DNA of 64,000 nucleotides from an uncultured delta proteobacterium (GCA_963810935.1 CAWEPK010000007.1:369811-433810), one strand, 5' to 3'; shown: positions 10,018 to 21,683, counted from the stretch's first letter. Numbers and translations are program-made. The notes: generated by a model not told the origin, from the sequence alone.

Positions 10018-12888
10018 TTACGTCGGAGTGCCGCCCGCGCTGTCCAACACCCGCCGTATCGCCCCTGCCATGACCTCTTTCGACACCGGCTTAATCAGAA
10101 ACTCCCTCACGCCTGCTGCCAGCGCCTTCTCTTTCGACACCGACTCGCTGAACCCCGTGACGAGGATCACGGGTAAATCCTTGCGTATCTTCAGCACCTT
10201 CTTCGCAAGCTCGAAGCCGACCAGATCGGGCATCGTCTGGTCTGTTATCAAAAGATCGTACTGGTTCGGCGTCTGGAGGAAGATCTCGAATGCGTCCAGG
10301 CCCTTCCTGGCCGTAGTGACGTCATAGCCCAGGCGCCGCAGCAGCAGGGCCCCCATCTCGACGACCGCGGGCTCGTCGTCAACGAAGAGTATCCTTTCCG
10401 TTCCGCCCGGTATGTCGATCTTCTGCTCGGTTTCTTCCATCGGCGGCTCGGTGGATGGCAGAAAGACGGTGAACGTGGAGCCCTCGCCGATTTTGCTGTC
10501 CACGGAGATCGCGCCCTGGTGGCTCTTGACGATGCCGTAGGCGACGGCCAGCCCCATGCCCGTCCCGTGCCCGGCGTCTTTCGTAGTGAAGAACGGCTCG
10601 AACATGCGTTTTTGCACGTCCTCGGGTATCCCGGCCCCCGTGTCCTTGACGCGCAGCTTTACGTACCCGCCGGGCTTCATGTCAACGTCCGGCAGCTTGT
10701 CGCGGCGCGTAAAGACCGCATCGGAGACGGCGATCAAAAGGCTCCCCCCGCCGGGCTGCATCGCGTGGGCTGCGTTGCCGGCGAGGTTCATCAACACCTG
10801 TTGTACCTGGGAAGGGTCGCCGGCAATGTAGTCGTTCGCAGCGCGTATGTCGAGCTTCATCCGGATGGTGCTCGGCAGGGAGTTGCGGAGGAGCTTGAAC
10901 GTCTCTTTGACGAGGGGGGTGAGCTGGAAGACGTTTTTGCCGCGCTCGCTCTTTCTGCTGAAGGTGAGGATCTGCTTGATCAGGTCGCGAGCCCGCTTGG
11001 ACGCCTTTATCACCTGCTCTATGTTGCGTTTTGCATCGGTGCCGTCGAGGTCGTCGAGTGCCAGCTCCGAATTTCCCAGGATGACTGCGAGCATGTTGTT
11101 GAAGTCGTGGGCGATGCCGCCCGCGAGGGTGCCTATGGCCTCCATCTTCTGCTTCTGGCGAAGCTGCTGCTCGATCTCCAGTTGTCTCGTGATGTCCCTG
11201 TCTACCCCGACATACTGGATGGTCGTCCCGTACTTGTCGCGAATAGGCACTAGGGTCGTCTCGATCTCTACGAGGGTGCCGTCTTGCTTCTTTCGGGTCT
11301 GGCGCCCGGTCCATGTATTCCCTGCAAGCAGCTCGGAATATATGGCCTCGTGAAACGAGTCGGGGTGGGCGTCGCTGCGGGTCATGACAGGGCTGTTCCC
11401 CACCATCTCGTCAGCCGTATAGCCGTACATCCTGGCGAATGCTGAATTGACGTAGGTGTACCGCCTGTCGGGGGAGAGCATGAAAATGCCGTCGCCCGCG
11501 TGCTCCACGGCGGAAAGGAGCTTCGCCATCTCTTCCTGCATTTTTTTACGCTGTGTGACGTCCCTGGCTATGCCGTGTATGCCGGTGACGACGCCGTCCT
11601 CGCGCATAAAGCGCGCCGTGACCTCGAGGCTGACGAGGTTGCCGTCCTTCGTCCACGCCTCGAAATCCCACGGCTGTTCGTCGGGCAGGTCTGAGTTGGC
11701 GGCGACTGCGCGCCGCAAAACGTCGGCCGCCCGCCCGGCGCTCTCGGGCGTAAGGAGGTCCCCGATGGACAGGTGTTGAACGGGCTTACCAGGAAGGAAA
11801 ACCTCGGCCGCTTTCCGGTTGGCCGAAGTAATCCTGCCTTCGAGATCGGTCGTGAATATCACGTCGTTTGCCTGGTTGAAGAGGTCCTTATACCTTGCCT
11901 CGGACCTTTGAAGCGACGTGTAAACCGTCTCCAGCTCCTGCGTCCTGTCGCGGACCCTCTCCTCCAGCCCGTCTCTCGCTTTGCGAACCTCCTCCTCCGC
12001 ACGCTTGCGGTCGGTTATATCCATGTTGATGCCGATCAGTTTTTCGGGCCTTCCCTTCTCATCCATGATGGCGCGGGCGCGGGCGTGGAGCCACCGCATT
12101 TCGCCGGTATCCAGGCGGCGGACCCTGAAATCGACCTTAAACTCATCCCCTTTCAATGCCTGGTCCACGGCGGCACGGCACAGTGCGCGGTCTTCCGGCG
12201 CCAGGCGGTCGAACCAGTCCTGCCGGCGGCCGTTATGCTCCGCCCTTGTCATGCCGTAAAGGGCCAGCATCTCGTCGGACCAATAGCTTTCATCGGTCTT
12301 TGCGTCCCAGACGAAGGCCCCCGAGCTGCTTGCCTGGAGGGCGATGTTCAGCCATTGCTCGCTCTCCGTCACCGCAGCCTCGGCCCCCCTCTGTCCCGTT
12401 ATTTCCTTGAAGACGACAGTCAGGGATTTTGAGCCGGCCGTGACATAGCTTGACGAGACGAGGGCGATGACTGGGGAGCCGTCGTCCAGGAGAATGCGCA
12501 TTTCTTCATTGCGGACCGTTTCGCCTCTCAAGAGGGTGCGCATGAAGGGCCACTCCTGTGGCGTATACTCGCTCCCATCGGACCGGAAGGCCCGGAAGCG
12601 GGTAAGCTGCCCGAGGCCGCCGAAGGAAGAGATCTTTACCCGGAACGTCTCTTCGACCTCTTTGCTCACGGCCATGAACTCCGGCGTGTTCGTGTAGACG
12701 AGGGTCCCAATACGCAAGGGGATAAAACGACTGGAACTATTGTCCGGGCTTGCAGCCCGGCTCGCGCCGGGCATCCATGGCGCTCTTATGCCTGCCGTCC
12801 CTGATTCCGGGGCCGTGCCCTTCTTGGCAGGCGTTTCCCCTGCCGTCTTGCGGCGTCCGGGGTTGGGGCCGGTGCTTCTCTTCCCCAT
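10018..12888 (-). CDS. Multi-PAS hybrid histidine kinase/response regulator
   Basis: Several PAS/PAC repeats, LAGGIAHDFNN, HATPase G-boxes, C-terminal receiver (FVDDE, ITDQTMP, KP). Confidence 0.93.
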   Translation of the reverse strand: MGKRSTGPNPGRRKTAGETPAKKGTAPESGTAGIRAPWMPGASRAASPDNSSSRFIPLRIGTLVYTNTPEFMAVSKEVEETFRVKISSFGGLGQLTRFRAFRSDGSEYTPQEWPFMRTLLRGETVRNEEMRILLDDGSPVIALVSSSYVTAGSKSLTVVFKEITGQRGAEAAVTESEQWLNIALQASSSGAFVWDAKTDESYWSDEMLALYGMTRAEHNGRRQDWFDRLAPEDRALCRAAVDQALKGDEFKVDFRVRRLDTGEMRWLHARARAIMDEKGRPEKLIGINMDITDRKRAEEEVRKARDGLEERVRDRTQELETVYTSLQRSEARYKDLFNQANDVIFTTDLEGRITSANRKAAEVFLPGKPVQHLSIGDLLTPESAGRAADVLRRAVAANSDLPDEQPWDFEAWTKDGNLVSLEVTARFMREDGVVTGIHGIARDVTQRKKMQEEMAKLLSAVEHAGDGIFMLSPDRRYTYVNSAFARMYGYTADEMVGNSPVMTRSDAHPDSFHEAIYSELLAGNTWTGRQTRKKQDGTLVEIETTLVPIRDKYGTTIQYVGVDRDITRQLEIEQQLRQKQKMEAIGTLAGGIAHDFNNMLAVILGNSELALDDLDGTDAKRNIEQVIKASKRARDLIKQILTFSRKSERGKNVFQLTPLVKETFKLLRNSLPSTIRMKLDIRAANDYIAGDPSQVQQVLMNLAGNAAHAMQPGGGSLLIAVSDAVFTRRDKLPDVDMKPGGYVKLRVKDTGAGIPEDVQKRMFEPFFTTKDAGHGTGMGLAVAYGIVKSHQGAISVDSKIGEGSTFTVFLPSTEPPMEETEQKIDIPGGTERILFVDDEPAVVEMGALLLRRLGYDVTTARKGLDAFEIFLQTPNQYDLLITDQTMPDLVGFELAKKVLKIRKDLPVILVTGFSESVSKEKALAAGVREFLIKPVSKEVMAGAIRRVLDSAGGTPT

Positions 12889-13097
12889 GCTTTTTCCTCC
12901 GATAGTCTTCTCTTCGTGGCGTGGCGAAAAGGCGACAGGCAAGCGGATGTTCGAAGGAGTAATGCGTCTATCCGCAGAACCGGCCGCTGTCGTCTATGTA
13001 CCGAGATTATACATAAAGCGGTATAGCGTATCAAGCCCGGCGGGACGGGCGGCATGGACGGCACCGTTATTGTTCCCGGCATCCGAAGCAGTGAAAT

Positions 13098-13142
13098 AAA
13101 ACAAAACGGCAGGACCGATGAACGGTCCCGCCGTTTTGTTTT
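13098..13142. terminator. Intrinsic terminator hairpin, bidirectional type
   Basis: AAAACAAAACGGCAGGACCG-ATGAA-CGGTCCCGCCGTTTTGTTTT just after the stop of 13157-13510. Confidence 0.7.
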
Positions 13143-13156
13143 GTAGGGCCGTGATA

Positions 13157-13510
13157 TTACTGGCCGTGTTTCTCGTCGTAGATCTGGCGGCTGACCTGGT
13201 TCTCCTGCTGGTTGAGGGTGCGCTGCTCCTGCTTGGTGACGTGGCCGCCGTTCTGCGACGCCATGTCGCGCTCTTCCTGCCGTACCTGCCGGTCCTCTTT
13301 ATGAAGCTGGGCCGCCTGCGATTTGCTCAGCGTGCCGTTCTTCACTCCCTGGTTGATGCGGCTGTTCTGGTTTGCGAGCCGTTTATTGACCTCCGCCCTG
13401 CGGGGGTGGTTCTTCTGCCATTCGGTCTGGGCATAAACAGGAGAGAGCGCCGCGCCCACAATAAACCCGGCCGCTACCAAGAGTGCTGCTGTTCTCATTT
13501 GACGTTTCAC
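13157..13510 (-). CDS. Small secreted helical protein
   Basis: Signal peptide, then HPRRAEVN.RL.NQ..RI..G..G.L....A..LH.ED pattern. Confidence 0.75.
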   Translation of the reverse strand: MKRQMRTAALLVAAGFIVGAALSPVYAQTEWQKNHPRRAEVNKRLANQNSRINQGVKNGTLSKSQAAQLHKEDRQVRQEERDMASQNGGHVTKQEQRTLNQQENQVSRQIYDEKHGQ

Positions 13511-13829
13511 TGATGTATCCTCCTTTCTTGCTCTTCATTCGGCGGATGCGCCCGGGCTTTTGCCCCATCTGTCGCAGCCTGTCCCTGATCCCCAGGAATA
13601 GCAAGAGGCGTGCCGTCGGCGGCTGCGGGCGCGAAACCGCGGCAGCGCGGTGTACAAGGCGGGCACGACATTCCGGGGCAGACAATAATGTCGAGCCGCT
13701 CCCGCCTCATCGACAATTGCGTAGGCGCGGTGCGGCTGTCTTGCCGCTCCGACAGGCCCGCATTACACTATCGTTAATTCAACGGCGGCCGTGTTCGAAG
13801 ACAGCCAAATCCATGAAGGGAGGAATGTG

Positions 13830-14249
13830 ATGAGACGATTATTGACGGTGGTGGCGGTGCTTGTGGCAGTGGCGATGGCGGCAGGGGCGGTGTACGCCCT
13901 GGATGGGGCCGTCAAGGTCGCGGTTAAGGAAGGCGTGGGCGCATACCTTACGGACGGAAAGGACATGACCCTCTACTGGTTCAAGAAAGACGCGCCGGGC
14001 AAGAGCGCATGCGCGGGCGTCTGCGCGGAAAAATGGCCCGTCTACTATACGGCGACGGTCAAAGCGCCGGACGGTATCGGCGTGCAGGACTTCGGCGCCA
14101 TCGACAGGGCGGACGGCAGGAAGCAGACGACGTTCCGGGGTTACCCCCTCTACTACTGGTCGGGCGACGCAAAAGTCGGGGAGACGAAAGGCAACGGCTT
14201 CAACCAGCTCTGGTCCGTCATCAACCCCAGCAACTTCCCGCCGAAATAA
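13830..14249 (+). CDS. Secreted protein with Yx(FWY)xxD repeats (COG4315-like)
   Basis: MTLYWFKKD...SAC.G.CAEKWP and G.KQTTFRGYPLYYWSGD. Confidence 0.85.
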   Translation: MRRLLTVVAVLVAVAMAAGAVYALDGAVKVAVKEGVGAYLTDGKDMTLYWFKKDAPGKSACAGVCAEKWPVYYTATVKAPDGIGVQDFGAIDRADGRKQTTFRGYPLYYWSGDAKVGETKGNGFNQLWSVINPSNFPPK

Positions 14250-14368
14250 TCTATCTTAATGCAATCACGGTCGGCATGAGGCCGGGGCTGACGCATCGCC
14301 CCCGGCCTCTCGTCTTTACATCGCCCCCAAACCGTCATATAAAATTAAGACCGAAAGGAGGTGGGACC

Positions 14369-15346
14369 GTGAGACCTAAGGTGTTCGCCACGCGCAGGAT
14401 ACCGTCGCCGGGGATCGAGCTGATCTCGCAAGAGTGCGACGTCACCGTTTACCAGGGATCGCAGGCCCTCGACAGGAAAGAGCTGCTTGCAAGCGTCAGG
14501 GAGATAGACGGCCTAGTCTGCATACCGGGAGACAGGATCGACGCAGAAGTCTTTGACGCGGCCCCGTCGCTGAAGGTGGTCAGCACGTGCAGCGTCGGGT
14601 ACGAGCACATCGACGTCGCGGAGGCGACGAAGCGGGGCATCTACGTCGGCTACACGCCGGAGGTGCTGACCGATGCCACTGCGGACCTCGCGTTCGCCCT
14701 TCTCATGACTGCGGGCCGCAGGACTGCCGAAGGCGACAGGTTTGTGCGGGCGGGCAAATGGGCGGGCAGGTTCGACTTCATGTTCATGCTCGGCGCGCCC
14801 GTCTGGGAGGCGACCTTAGGCATTATCGGCTTCGGCCGCATCGGCCGCGCGATGGCCTTGCGGGCCCGCGGCTTTAACATGAAGGTGCTTTACAGCGACG
14901 CGGAGCGCGCCACGGCGGAAGACGAGCAGAGGCTCGGCGCCGCGTTCCGCGACATGGACGCCCTCCTTGCGGAATCGGATTTCGTAAGCCTCCACGTCCC
15001 TTACTCGAAGGCGACGCATCACCTCATCGATGAAAGAACGCTCAAGGCGATGAAAAAGAGCGCCATACTGGTAAACACGTCGCGCGGGCCGGTCGTCGAT
15101 GAAGCCGCCCTCGCGACTGCGCTGAAAGAAGGATGGATCGCGGGCGCAGGACTCGACGTGTACGAAAAAGAGCCGCTTGATACGGCGAGCCCGCTCTTGC
15201 AATTCGAGAACGCAGCGCTCACGCCCCACATAGGCAGCGCAACCGGGCCGAGCAGGAGTAAGATGGGCGAAATGACAGCGCGCAACCTGCTGGCAGGGCT
15301 GCGGGGCGAGAGGATGCCGCACTACCTGAACCCCGAAGCTAGGTAG
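14369..15346 (+). CDS. D-2-hydroxyacid (glyoxylate/D-glycerate) dehydrogenase
   Basis: GIIGFGRIG, LVNTSRGPVVDE, AGLDVYEKEP, TPHIGSA; GTG start after GGAGG. Confidence 0.92.
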   Translation: MRPKVFATRRIPSPGIELISQECDVTVYQGSQALDRKELLASVREIDGLVCIPGDRIDAEVFDAAPSLKVVSTCSVGYEHIDVAEATKRGIYVGYTPEVLTDATADLAFALLMTAGRRTAEGDRFVRAGKWAGRFDFMFMLGAPVWEATLGIIGFGRIGRAMALRARGFNMKVLYSDAERATAEDEQRLGAAFRDMDALLAESDFVSLHVPYSKATHHLIDERTLKAMKKSAILVNTSRGPVVDEAALATALKEGWIAGAGLDVYEKEPLDTASPLLQFENAALTPHIGSATGPSRSKMGEMTARNLLAGLRGERMPHYLNPEAR

Positions 15347-15474
15347 CGGGGCCGGGATCTTTTGGCGGCCTTCGCGTCGTTTCCTCGGGCGCGCGTGCTC
15401 ACTTACAACAGAGTACGCTCCGCCGCGCGCCTTCGGAAAGCAACGCGAATTCCACCCAAAATCTCCCGGCCCCG
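15347..15474 (+). repeat. Palindromic repeat copy 4
   Basis: Family consensus starting at the base after the TAG. Confidence 0.9.
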
Positions 15475-15551
15475 TCCCGGCATGATTAAGCACACAACTC
15501 AACAAGACCAGTGTCTTAGTATTCCACATTGCTCCATAGTACAACCTGCCT

Positions 15552-18500
15552 TTACCGCCGCCCAATAAATACGCAGCGTAGCTGCTCCCTTAGCGGCGGT
15601 TGCGGTTGGAGGAACGCCTCAAGGGGTCGTGCTATATGGATGCAATGTGAAGTGGCGGCCGGAGGCGTACGTAGGTACATCGGAGGCCCCACGTCGAGCA
15701 GGGCGCCGCATAGCGGGGGCCCGCAGCAGGCGCGAGTCCAGCCGCCCGCATTACTCCGCCGTTGCTTTTTTGTCTTAGCTTTTTGCTTCAGCCGTCTGGA
15801 GCCCCGCCGCCTGACCCCCGCTATTGCTACGCCCGCGATGGTGAAAAGCAGCAGATACGGATGCTCTACGCTGTAGACTACCGGGGCTAGGGCCCAGCGG
15901 GTTACGGCCCGTACGCTCTCGTGCTGCGCGATAAACTCCGCTACCGGCGGCGAATGTTTGTAGTAGAACGCTATGAACGCCCGCCCCGGCCCGCACGTCA
16001 GCAGCCGCCTGTCCCTGAACGCCCGCAAGGCCGCTACATGGGGGTCGAGGTATGAGCCGTAAGCCGCGGTCGCGATGAAGCAGGTATTCCCGCCGCCGGA
16101 CGAGGAAGTGGTCGTAGCGGCTGTTGCCGCCGGCAGGGAGACCCCCGTCAACGTACCCGTGAGGCTCGTGGCGGACGGGTCGGTCGTGGGGACCGATATA
16201 TAGGCTATTTTGGTCCCGGCAGAACTTGGTGCAAACGTCACGACGAACGTACACGAGGTTGAGGTGAGGCTGGTGTTCGAGCAGTGGTCGCTCCCGAAGG
16301 GGATGGAGAAGTCGCCGGCATTAGTGCCTACAATCGTAACTGAGTGAAGGGTGAGCAGGCCGCCCTGGGTCTCCGATATCGTGAAGGTCTGGGAAGACGA
16401 CTGCCCCGTGGTGAGGCTGCCGTAGCTCCAGCTAAGAGGTGAAGTTATGGCGGGTATGAGTTCCGCCACGCCCACCGGGTCGGCAATGACGCCGTTCGCA
16501 GTGCCGTCATCGTCTCCGTAGGTACTGTCGCCATCCTTCAGTTGCAGCGTTACGACGTTGCCTGATTTACTCACCACGTGGCTGCCGTAATCGTAAAAGC
16601 CGCCCTGGCCCACTTTGTAGACCTTGGCATTCGTAGAGACGGGGGTGGGGAAGGTGATCGTGGCGGTGATAACGTCGCCGCCGGCCAGCCCCGATACCTG
16701 GTAGAGGATCAGGCCGTCGGGGAAGAAGTATCCGGAAGGTTTGTTCGTGGAGTTGAGGGCCGCGTTGCCGTCCGCGACGGCATGCATGTCTGTGATAACG
16801 CCGGCGGAGACCTGGACCGTGATATTGCCAGTGCCCGTGACGCTTCCCACCGAGGCAGTGCCGGTGTTGAGGCCGACCGGGCTGGAGGTATCGACGGTCG
16901 AGAAGGTCCAACTGTGGTTGGCCGACATTGCGTTGCCCGCGAGGTCCTTCACTCCCGTCGTGACTGTGGCCGTATAATCGTAAGGATATCCGATCGGGCC
17001 CGCGGGCACGAATGTCGCCGTGTTGCCGGCCACGCTTACCGTGCCGGCCACGGCCAGCCTCAAACCTGTTCTGGGTCAAATAGAATGTGGATGTGGTTAC
17101 ACTGGTCGGGTCGATGGTTTCGACGAAAGTAGCCTGGATGACGGTGTTGGAGGCCGCTCCCGTCGATCCGTCACTGGGGTATGCGATGGTGACGTAAGGC
17201 GCCGTGGTGTCGCTTGCGGCGCCCGTCGTGAACGTCCACGTATAAGGCGCGGGCAGGGGCGCGCCGGAGCTGTCCTGGGCTGCCGTGCCGATCGTCGCCG
17301 TATAGGTGGTGCTCGCGCTCAAGGCGGACGAGGGTGTGAAAGTAGCGATATCACTGCTGTAAGAGACTGTGCCGCTAATGGCGGACCCGCCAGAGACGGC
17401 CACCGTGAACGTGCCGGAGGCGGTTATGGTCGCCGGGTTCATATCGGTCGCGAACTGCGCTCTTATCGTAGCGTTCAGGGGCACCCCGGCCTGACCTGCC
17501 TGGGGCGAGGTGATGCTTACCGACGGTGCGCCCGCCGCAGTACCCGTGAAGAAGCTCCAGATCACAGGGGCGGCGAGGGCCTCGCCCGTCGCGTCGGTGA
17601 CGCCCGTCGAGATCGTTACCGTGTAGGCCGTATTGGCGCTCAGGCTGCTCGCCGGAGTGAATGTTGCCCTGTTGGTCGTCGAATCGTAGCTGAACGAGCC
17701 GGAGACCGGGACCGTCGAGCCGCTCACCACGTGCGTCACGGTAAAGCTGGACGACGTTATCGTTGATTGCGCCATGGCCGTGCTGAAGGTGGCCGTGATG
17801 GGGCTGGTGACCGCTACGTTGCTCCCGGTGGGGCCCGCGGCCGTTACAACGGGCGCCAGGGACGTCGTGAACGACCATGTGACGGGGGCCGACGCCAGGG
17901 TGGCCCCGCCTGCGTCCGTTATGCCGGACGTGAGCGTGGCCCTGTAGTTGGACGCCCCATCGAGGTTAGCTCCAGGGGTGAACGTGGCCGTGTTCGTGGT
18001 CGAATCGTATGAGACGGTGCCGGATACGGCCGTCCCGCCGGCCGTCACGTTTGTCAGGGTGAAGGTCGTATTCGAGATGGTGCCTGCATTCATGGCCCCG
18101 CTGAAAGTCACGCTGACAACGCTGTTAATAGCGACGCCGGTCGCCCCGGGGGCGGGGCTTTGGGAAGCGGAAGCGACCCCGGCAGGGCCGAGGGAGAAGA
18201 TCAGGCCCTTTGCGCTCGTGCCTCCGGCGGAGGTCATGCCGTAGAGGACGCCGCTGCCGGAGAGGACGAGAGAGCCGTAAGGCACCCCGCCGTCTGTCCC
18301 CGACGCGTTGAATGCGTGGAGGATCTTAAAGGTGGAGAGGCCTCCGCTTGTCGATATCCTGAAGACCGTTCCGCAGCCGTCGCCGCCGCAACCTGTTCCC
18401 CCGCCCTTAAGGGTCATGCCGTAGAGGGTGGAGCCGTCCGCTGAGAGCGTGAGCGAGCCCCACGGGGTGGCCCCGTCCGCAGAACCCCCGCCGAAGCTAT

Positions 18501-19456
18501 GGAGCAGGCTGAAGGTGCCGCCCGACGTATCGTACTTATAAATCGTGCCTTTGGCGCCTGCGCCGCCGGCGGACGTCGTGCCGTACAGGACGCCGCCGGA
18601 GAGGATCGGGGTGCCTACCGGGTTCTGCCCGTCGGTCGATCCGTTGAAAGAATGGAGGACCGACTCGTTGCCGTTCGTGTCGGACGTGATAATCGCACCG
18701 TATCCCGATCCTCCTCCGCCCAGCGTCACGCCGTACAGGTTTGTGCCTGAGGCGACGAGCGAGCCGAGGGGCATCGCGCCGTCGCCGACGAGGGCGCCGA
18801 AATTGTGGAGCACGTTGACGTTGCCGCTCAGGTCCGACGCGAAGAGAGTGCCCAGGCCGCTTACGCCGCCGAAGTTCCCCGCCCCGGTCCCGCCCGCAGC
18901 GGACATGCCGTAGAGGTAGCCGCCCTGGAGCACCAGGGAGCCGACCGTCAGGTGCGGGTTGGTAGAGCTGCTCAAGTCCTTCATCATGCTGTAGCTTGCG
19001 CCGCTTGTCGTGTCCACTTTAAAGATCGTGCCGCAGCCCGCGATGTTGTTGAGCGCGTTAGCGCAGTCTCCCCGCGCCGCCCGCCGAGGTGAGCCCGTAA
19101 AGCGTGGAGCCGTCGGATGAGAGAGTGGGCGTGCCCCACCACGGCGCGGCCCCGTCGGACGTCGGGCCGGTAAAGCTGTAAAGCGGAGTGACGTTGCCGC
19201 TGAGGTCCGATTTGAAGGCCGTGCCGCATCCCGTGCCGCCGCATCCCGTGCCGCCGCCGGCCGAGGTCATACCGTACAGGGTGCTGCCGGAAAGGACGAG
19301 GCCGCCCAGCGGGTTCGCCCCGTCGGTAGACCCGCCGGCGAAGCTATGGATGACGTTGAAGGCAGTCTGGGCGCAGGCGGAAGTATGCAGTCCCGGGGCT
19401 ATGAAAAAGAGCAACAGCACGACAACCGGGAACATTGCGCGGCGGCCTTTTTTCAT
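15552..19456 (-). CDS. Large secreted/surface protein: GloVer-like tandem repeats, Ig-like (Big_5-type) domains, choice-of-anchor-like domain, CFI-box CTERM (frameshifts near 19020-19070 and 17065)
   Basis: LHSF.G...DGA.P.G.L...G..LYGMT..GG repeats; ITATFS.AM..STIT...ATFTP...L.....YT.T repeats; [10 protein letters not shown]...LRAFRD...FIAFYY..SPP.A. Confidence 0.85.
15596..15749 (-). repeat. Long imperfect palindrome, probable distant relative of the repeat family
   Basis: GCGGTTGGA...GGAGGCGTAC-GTAG-GTAC..CGGAGG...TCCAGCCGC; central GTAC..GTAC loop as in the family. Confidence 0.5.
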
Positions 19457-19716
19457 AGTCTCCTTCCTTCCCGCGAGAGTCTTCGGCTTACTGAGGTATT
19501 ACGTTGTTACGGTTAGGTTAAGCTACCATAAAGCGCAAGAGGCGGGCAAGGGAAATACGGGCGATCCGGGCGCGTTCGGGACGCGGCGGCTGCTGTTGTC
19601 CCTAATCGTCGCGTACGTCCGGCTAATTGGCTGAAAAGGGATAGCTTCGGCCTGTTTTGGCTTGACGCGGCACGGTTCGGCCCAATATCTTTCCGAGAGA
19701 TACGGAAGCGGAAAAG

Positions 19717-20562
19717 ATGGAGGTCGGGCCGATGATCAGACTGACGCGAAGGGAATCAGGGGCAGCGGGAAACTCCCTCGCAGTCGTGTTCTCCATGCCT
19801 ATGGGCCGCAGCCGGCCGCGCAGCGGGTACGCGTCCCTGTGGGAAAGGAAGGCCAAGCCGACTTTCCTCCTGGTCCACGGGGCGTTCCACGGCGCCTGGT
19901 GCTGGGAGCGCCTGACGAGGTATATGCTGGGCGCCGGTTACACCTGCTATTGCATCTCGCTCACGGGGCTCGGCCTTATGTCGAACCTCGCGCACCCCGG
20001 TATCGACCTCGAGAGCCACATTGAAGACGTTATGACGGTCATCGACTCGGAGGACCTTAGGGACGTTGTCCTCGTCGGCCACGCATACGGCGGCATGGTG
20101 ATTGCGGGCGTAGCGGACCGCATGTCTTCCCGCATCCGCCGGGCGGTCTATCTCGACGCCTTCGTCCCGGACAGAGGGAAGTGCGTGCTGGACTACATAC
20201 AGCCCGCCGAAAAGGCGGCGCAGATGAGAAAGCGCGGGGAGGTGTCCGGCATGATAGACCCTCCGTCCGTCTACGAGTGGGGCTTAACGAAACCGGCCGA
20301 CGTCAGGTGGGCTATGCGCTTTTTGAGCAGGCAGCCGTACCGCACGCTGACCCAGCCGATTGCACTGAAGATGGACGCGGCAAAGGCGCCGGTCCGCAAG
20401 ACGTACATACACTGCACTGCGCCGGCGACGAGGACGTTCGGCACGTTCGCGGCCCGGCTGCGTTGCGACCCGTCATGGCAGCTAGTCGATTTCAAGGGCT
20501 GCCATGATTCCATGATCGCGGAACCCGAAGGTCTTGCCAGATTGTTCCTGCGGGTGGCCTGA
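19717..20562 (+). CDS. Alpha/beta hydrolase (methylesterase-like), nucleophile motif GHAYGG
   Basis: FLLVHGAFHGAWCW, LTGLG, GHAYGG, VYLDAFVP, GCHDSM. Confidence 0.85.
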   Translation: MEVGPMIRLTRRESGAAGNSLAVVFSMPMGRSRPRSGYASLWERKAKPTFLLVHGAFHGAWCWERLTRYMLGAGYTCYCISLTGLGLMSNLAHPGIDLESHIEDVMTVIDSEDLRDVVLVGHAYGGMVIAGVADRMSSRIRRAVYLDAFVPDRGKCVLDYIQPAEKAAQMRKRGEVSGMIDPPSVYEWGLTKPADVRWAMRFLSRQPYRTLTQPIALKMDAAKAPVRKTYIHCTAPATRTFGTFAARLRCDPSWQLVDFKGCHDSMIAEPEGLARLFLRVA

Positions 20563-20575
20563 CAAGGAGAGGGCA

Positions 20576-21682
20576 ATGGAAAAGCAAAAGAAAGCGGAAC
20601 GAGCGGCCGGCTCTACCAGACGCGCCTTTCTCAGGGCAGGCGCGTTAGCGGCGGCCGGAAGCGCAATTGCGGTCCTGGCGTCCGCGTCTTCGGGCAGTGC
20701 CCGGACCGCTCCGGAAAGAGGCAGCGCTCCGGCCTTCGTCCTGGTGCACGGGGCCTGGCACGGCGGCTGGTGCTGGAAGCGCACGACCCCATACCTCCGG
20801 GCCGCAGGCCATAACACCTATCCCATAACGCTCACGGGGCTCGGCGCGCGCTCGCACCTCGCGCGGCCGGATATAGACCTCGACCTGCACATCAGGGACG
20901 TCATATCGGTTATCGAGACCGAAGAGCTGAGCAACGTAATCCTCGTAGGTCACAGCTACGGCGGCATGGTGGTCGCAGGCGTTGCGGACCGCGTCCCCTC
21001 CCGCATCCGCCGTGTGGTCTACCTCGACGCCTTCGTGCCTGCGAACGGCAAATGTCTCTTTGATTACCTGCCCCCCGAAAGGGCGGCGGGCCTGAAAAAG
21101 GAGGGGGAAGCGTCGGGCACGATGGCCTGCGGGCCCGTGCAGCGGTTCGGCGTCACGAAGGGCGACGACGTAAGATGGGTCGAGAGTCACCTGAGCAGGC
21201 AGCCGTACCGGACGTTCACTCAGCCCATCGCCCTGAAGACCGACGCGGCAAAGGCGGCCGTCCGCAAGACCTATGTTTACTGCTCGTCGCCGGCGATAGG
21301 GTCATTCGACCGGTTCGCGACGCGGTTCCGCAGCGACCGGAGCTGGCAGTTCTTCGATTTTAAGGCCGGGCACGACTGCATGGTCACGGACCCGGAGGGC
21401 CTGGCGAAGATATTAGTGCAGACGGCGTGGTGTTATGAAGTGAACGACGTAGGGACGATGAGGACGCAGGCGGGAGACATGTCGGAATCTCATTTAGCCA
21501 CTCACGCCGGCGTCCCCATCGTTTTGTCTGGTGGGGCCGGGATCTTTTGGCGGCCTTCGCGTCGTTTCCTCGGGCGCGAGTCCTCACATACACAATACGT
21601 ATGCTCCGGCTCGCTTCGTCGGAAAGCAACGCGAATTCCATCCAAAATCTCCCGGCCCGCTTTGCTTGTTTGTTGTTATTAG
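20576..21682 (+). CDS. Tat-exported alpha/beta hydrolase; similarity ends near 21430 and the frame runs on through repeat copy 5
   Basis: TRRAFL twin-arginine signal, FVLVHGAWHGGWCW, GHSYGG, AGHDCM. Confidence 0.85.
   Translation: MEKQKKAERAAGSTRRAFLRAGALAAAGSAIAVLASASSGSARTAPERGSAPAFVLVHGAWHGGWCWKRTTPYLRAAGHNTYPITLTGLGARSHLARPDIDLDLHIRDVISVIETEELSNVILVGHSYGGMVVAGVADRVPSRIRRVVYLDAFVPANGKCLFDYLPPERAAGLKKEGEASGTMACGPVQRFGVTKGDDVRWVESHLSRQPYRTFTQPIALKTDAAKAAVRKTYVYCSSPAIGSFDRFATRFRSDRSWQFFDFKAGHDCMVTDPEGLAKILVQTAWCYEVNDVGTMRTQAGDMSESHLATHAGVPIVLSGGAGIFWRPSRRFLGRESSHTQYVCSGSLRRKATRIPSKISRPALLVCCY
21533..21658 (+). repeat. Palindromic repeat copy 5
   Basis: Family consensus. Confidence 0.9.
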
Positions 21683-21683
21683 C

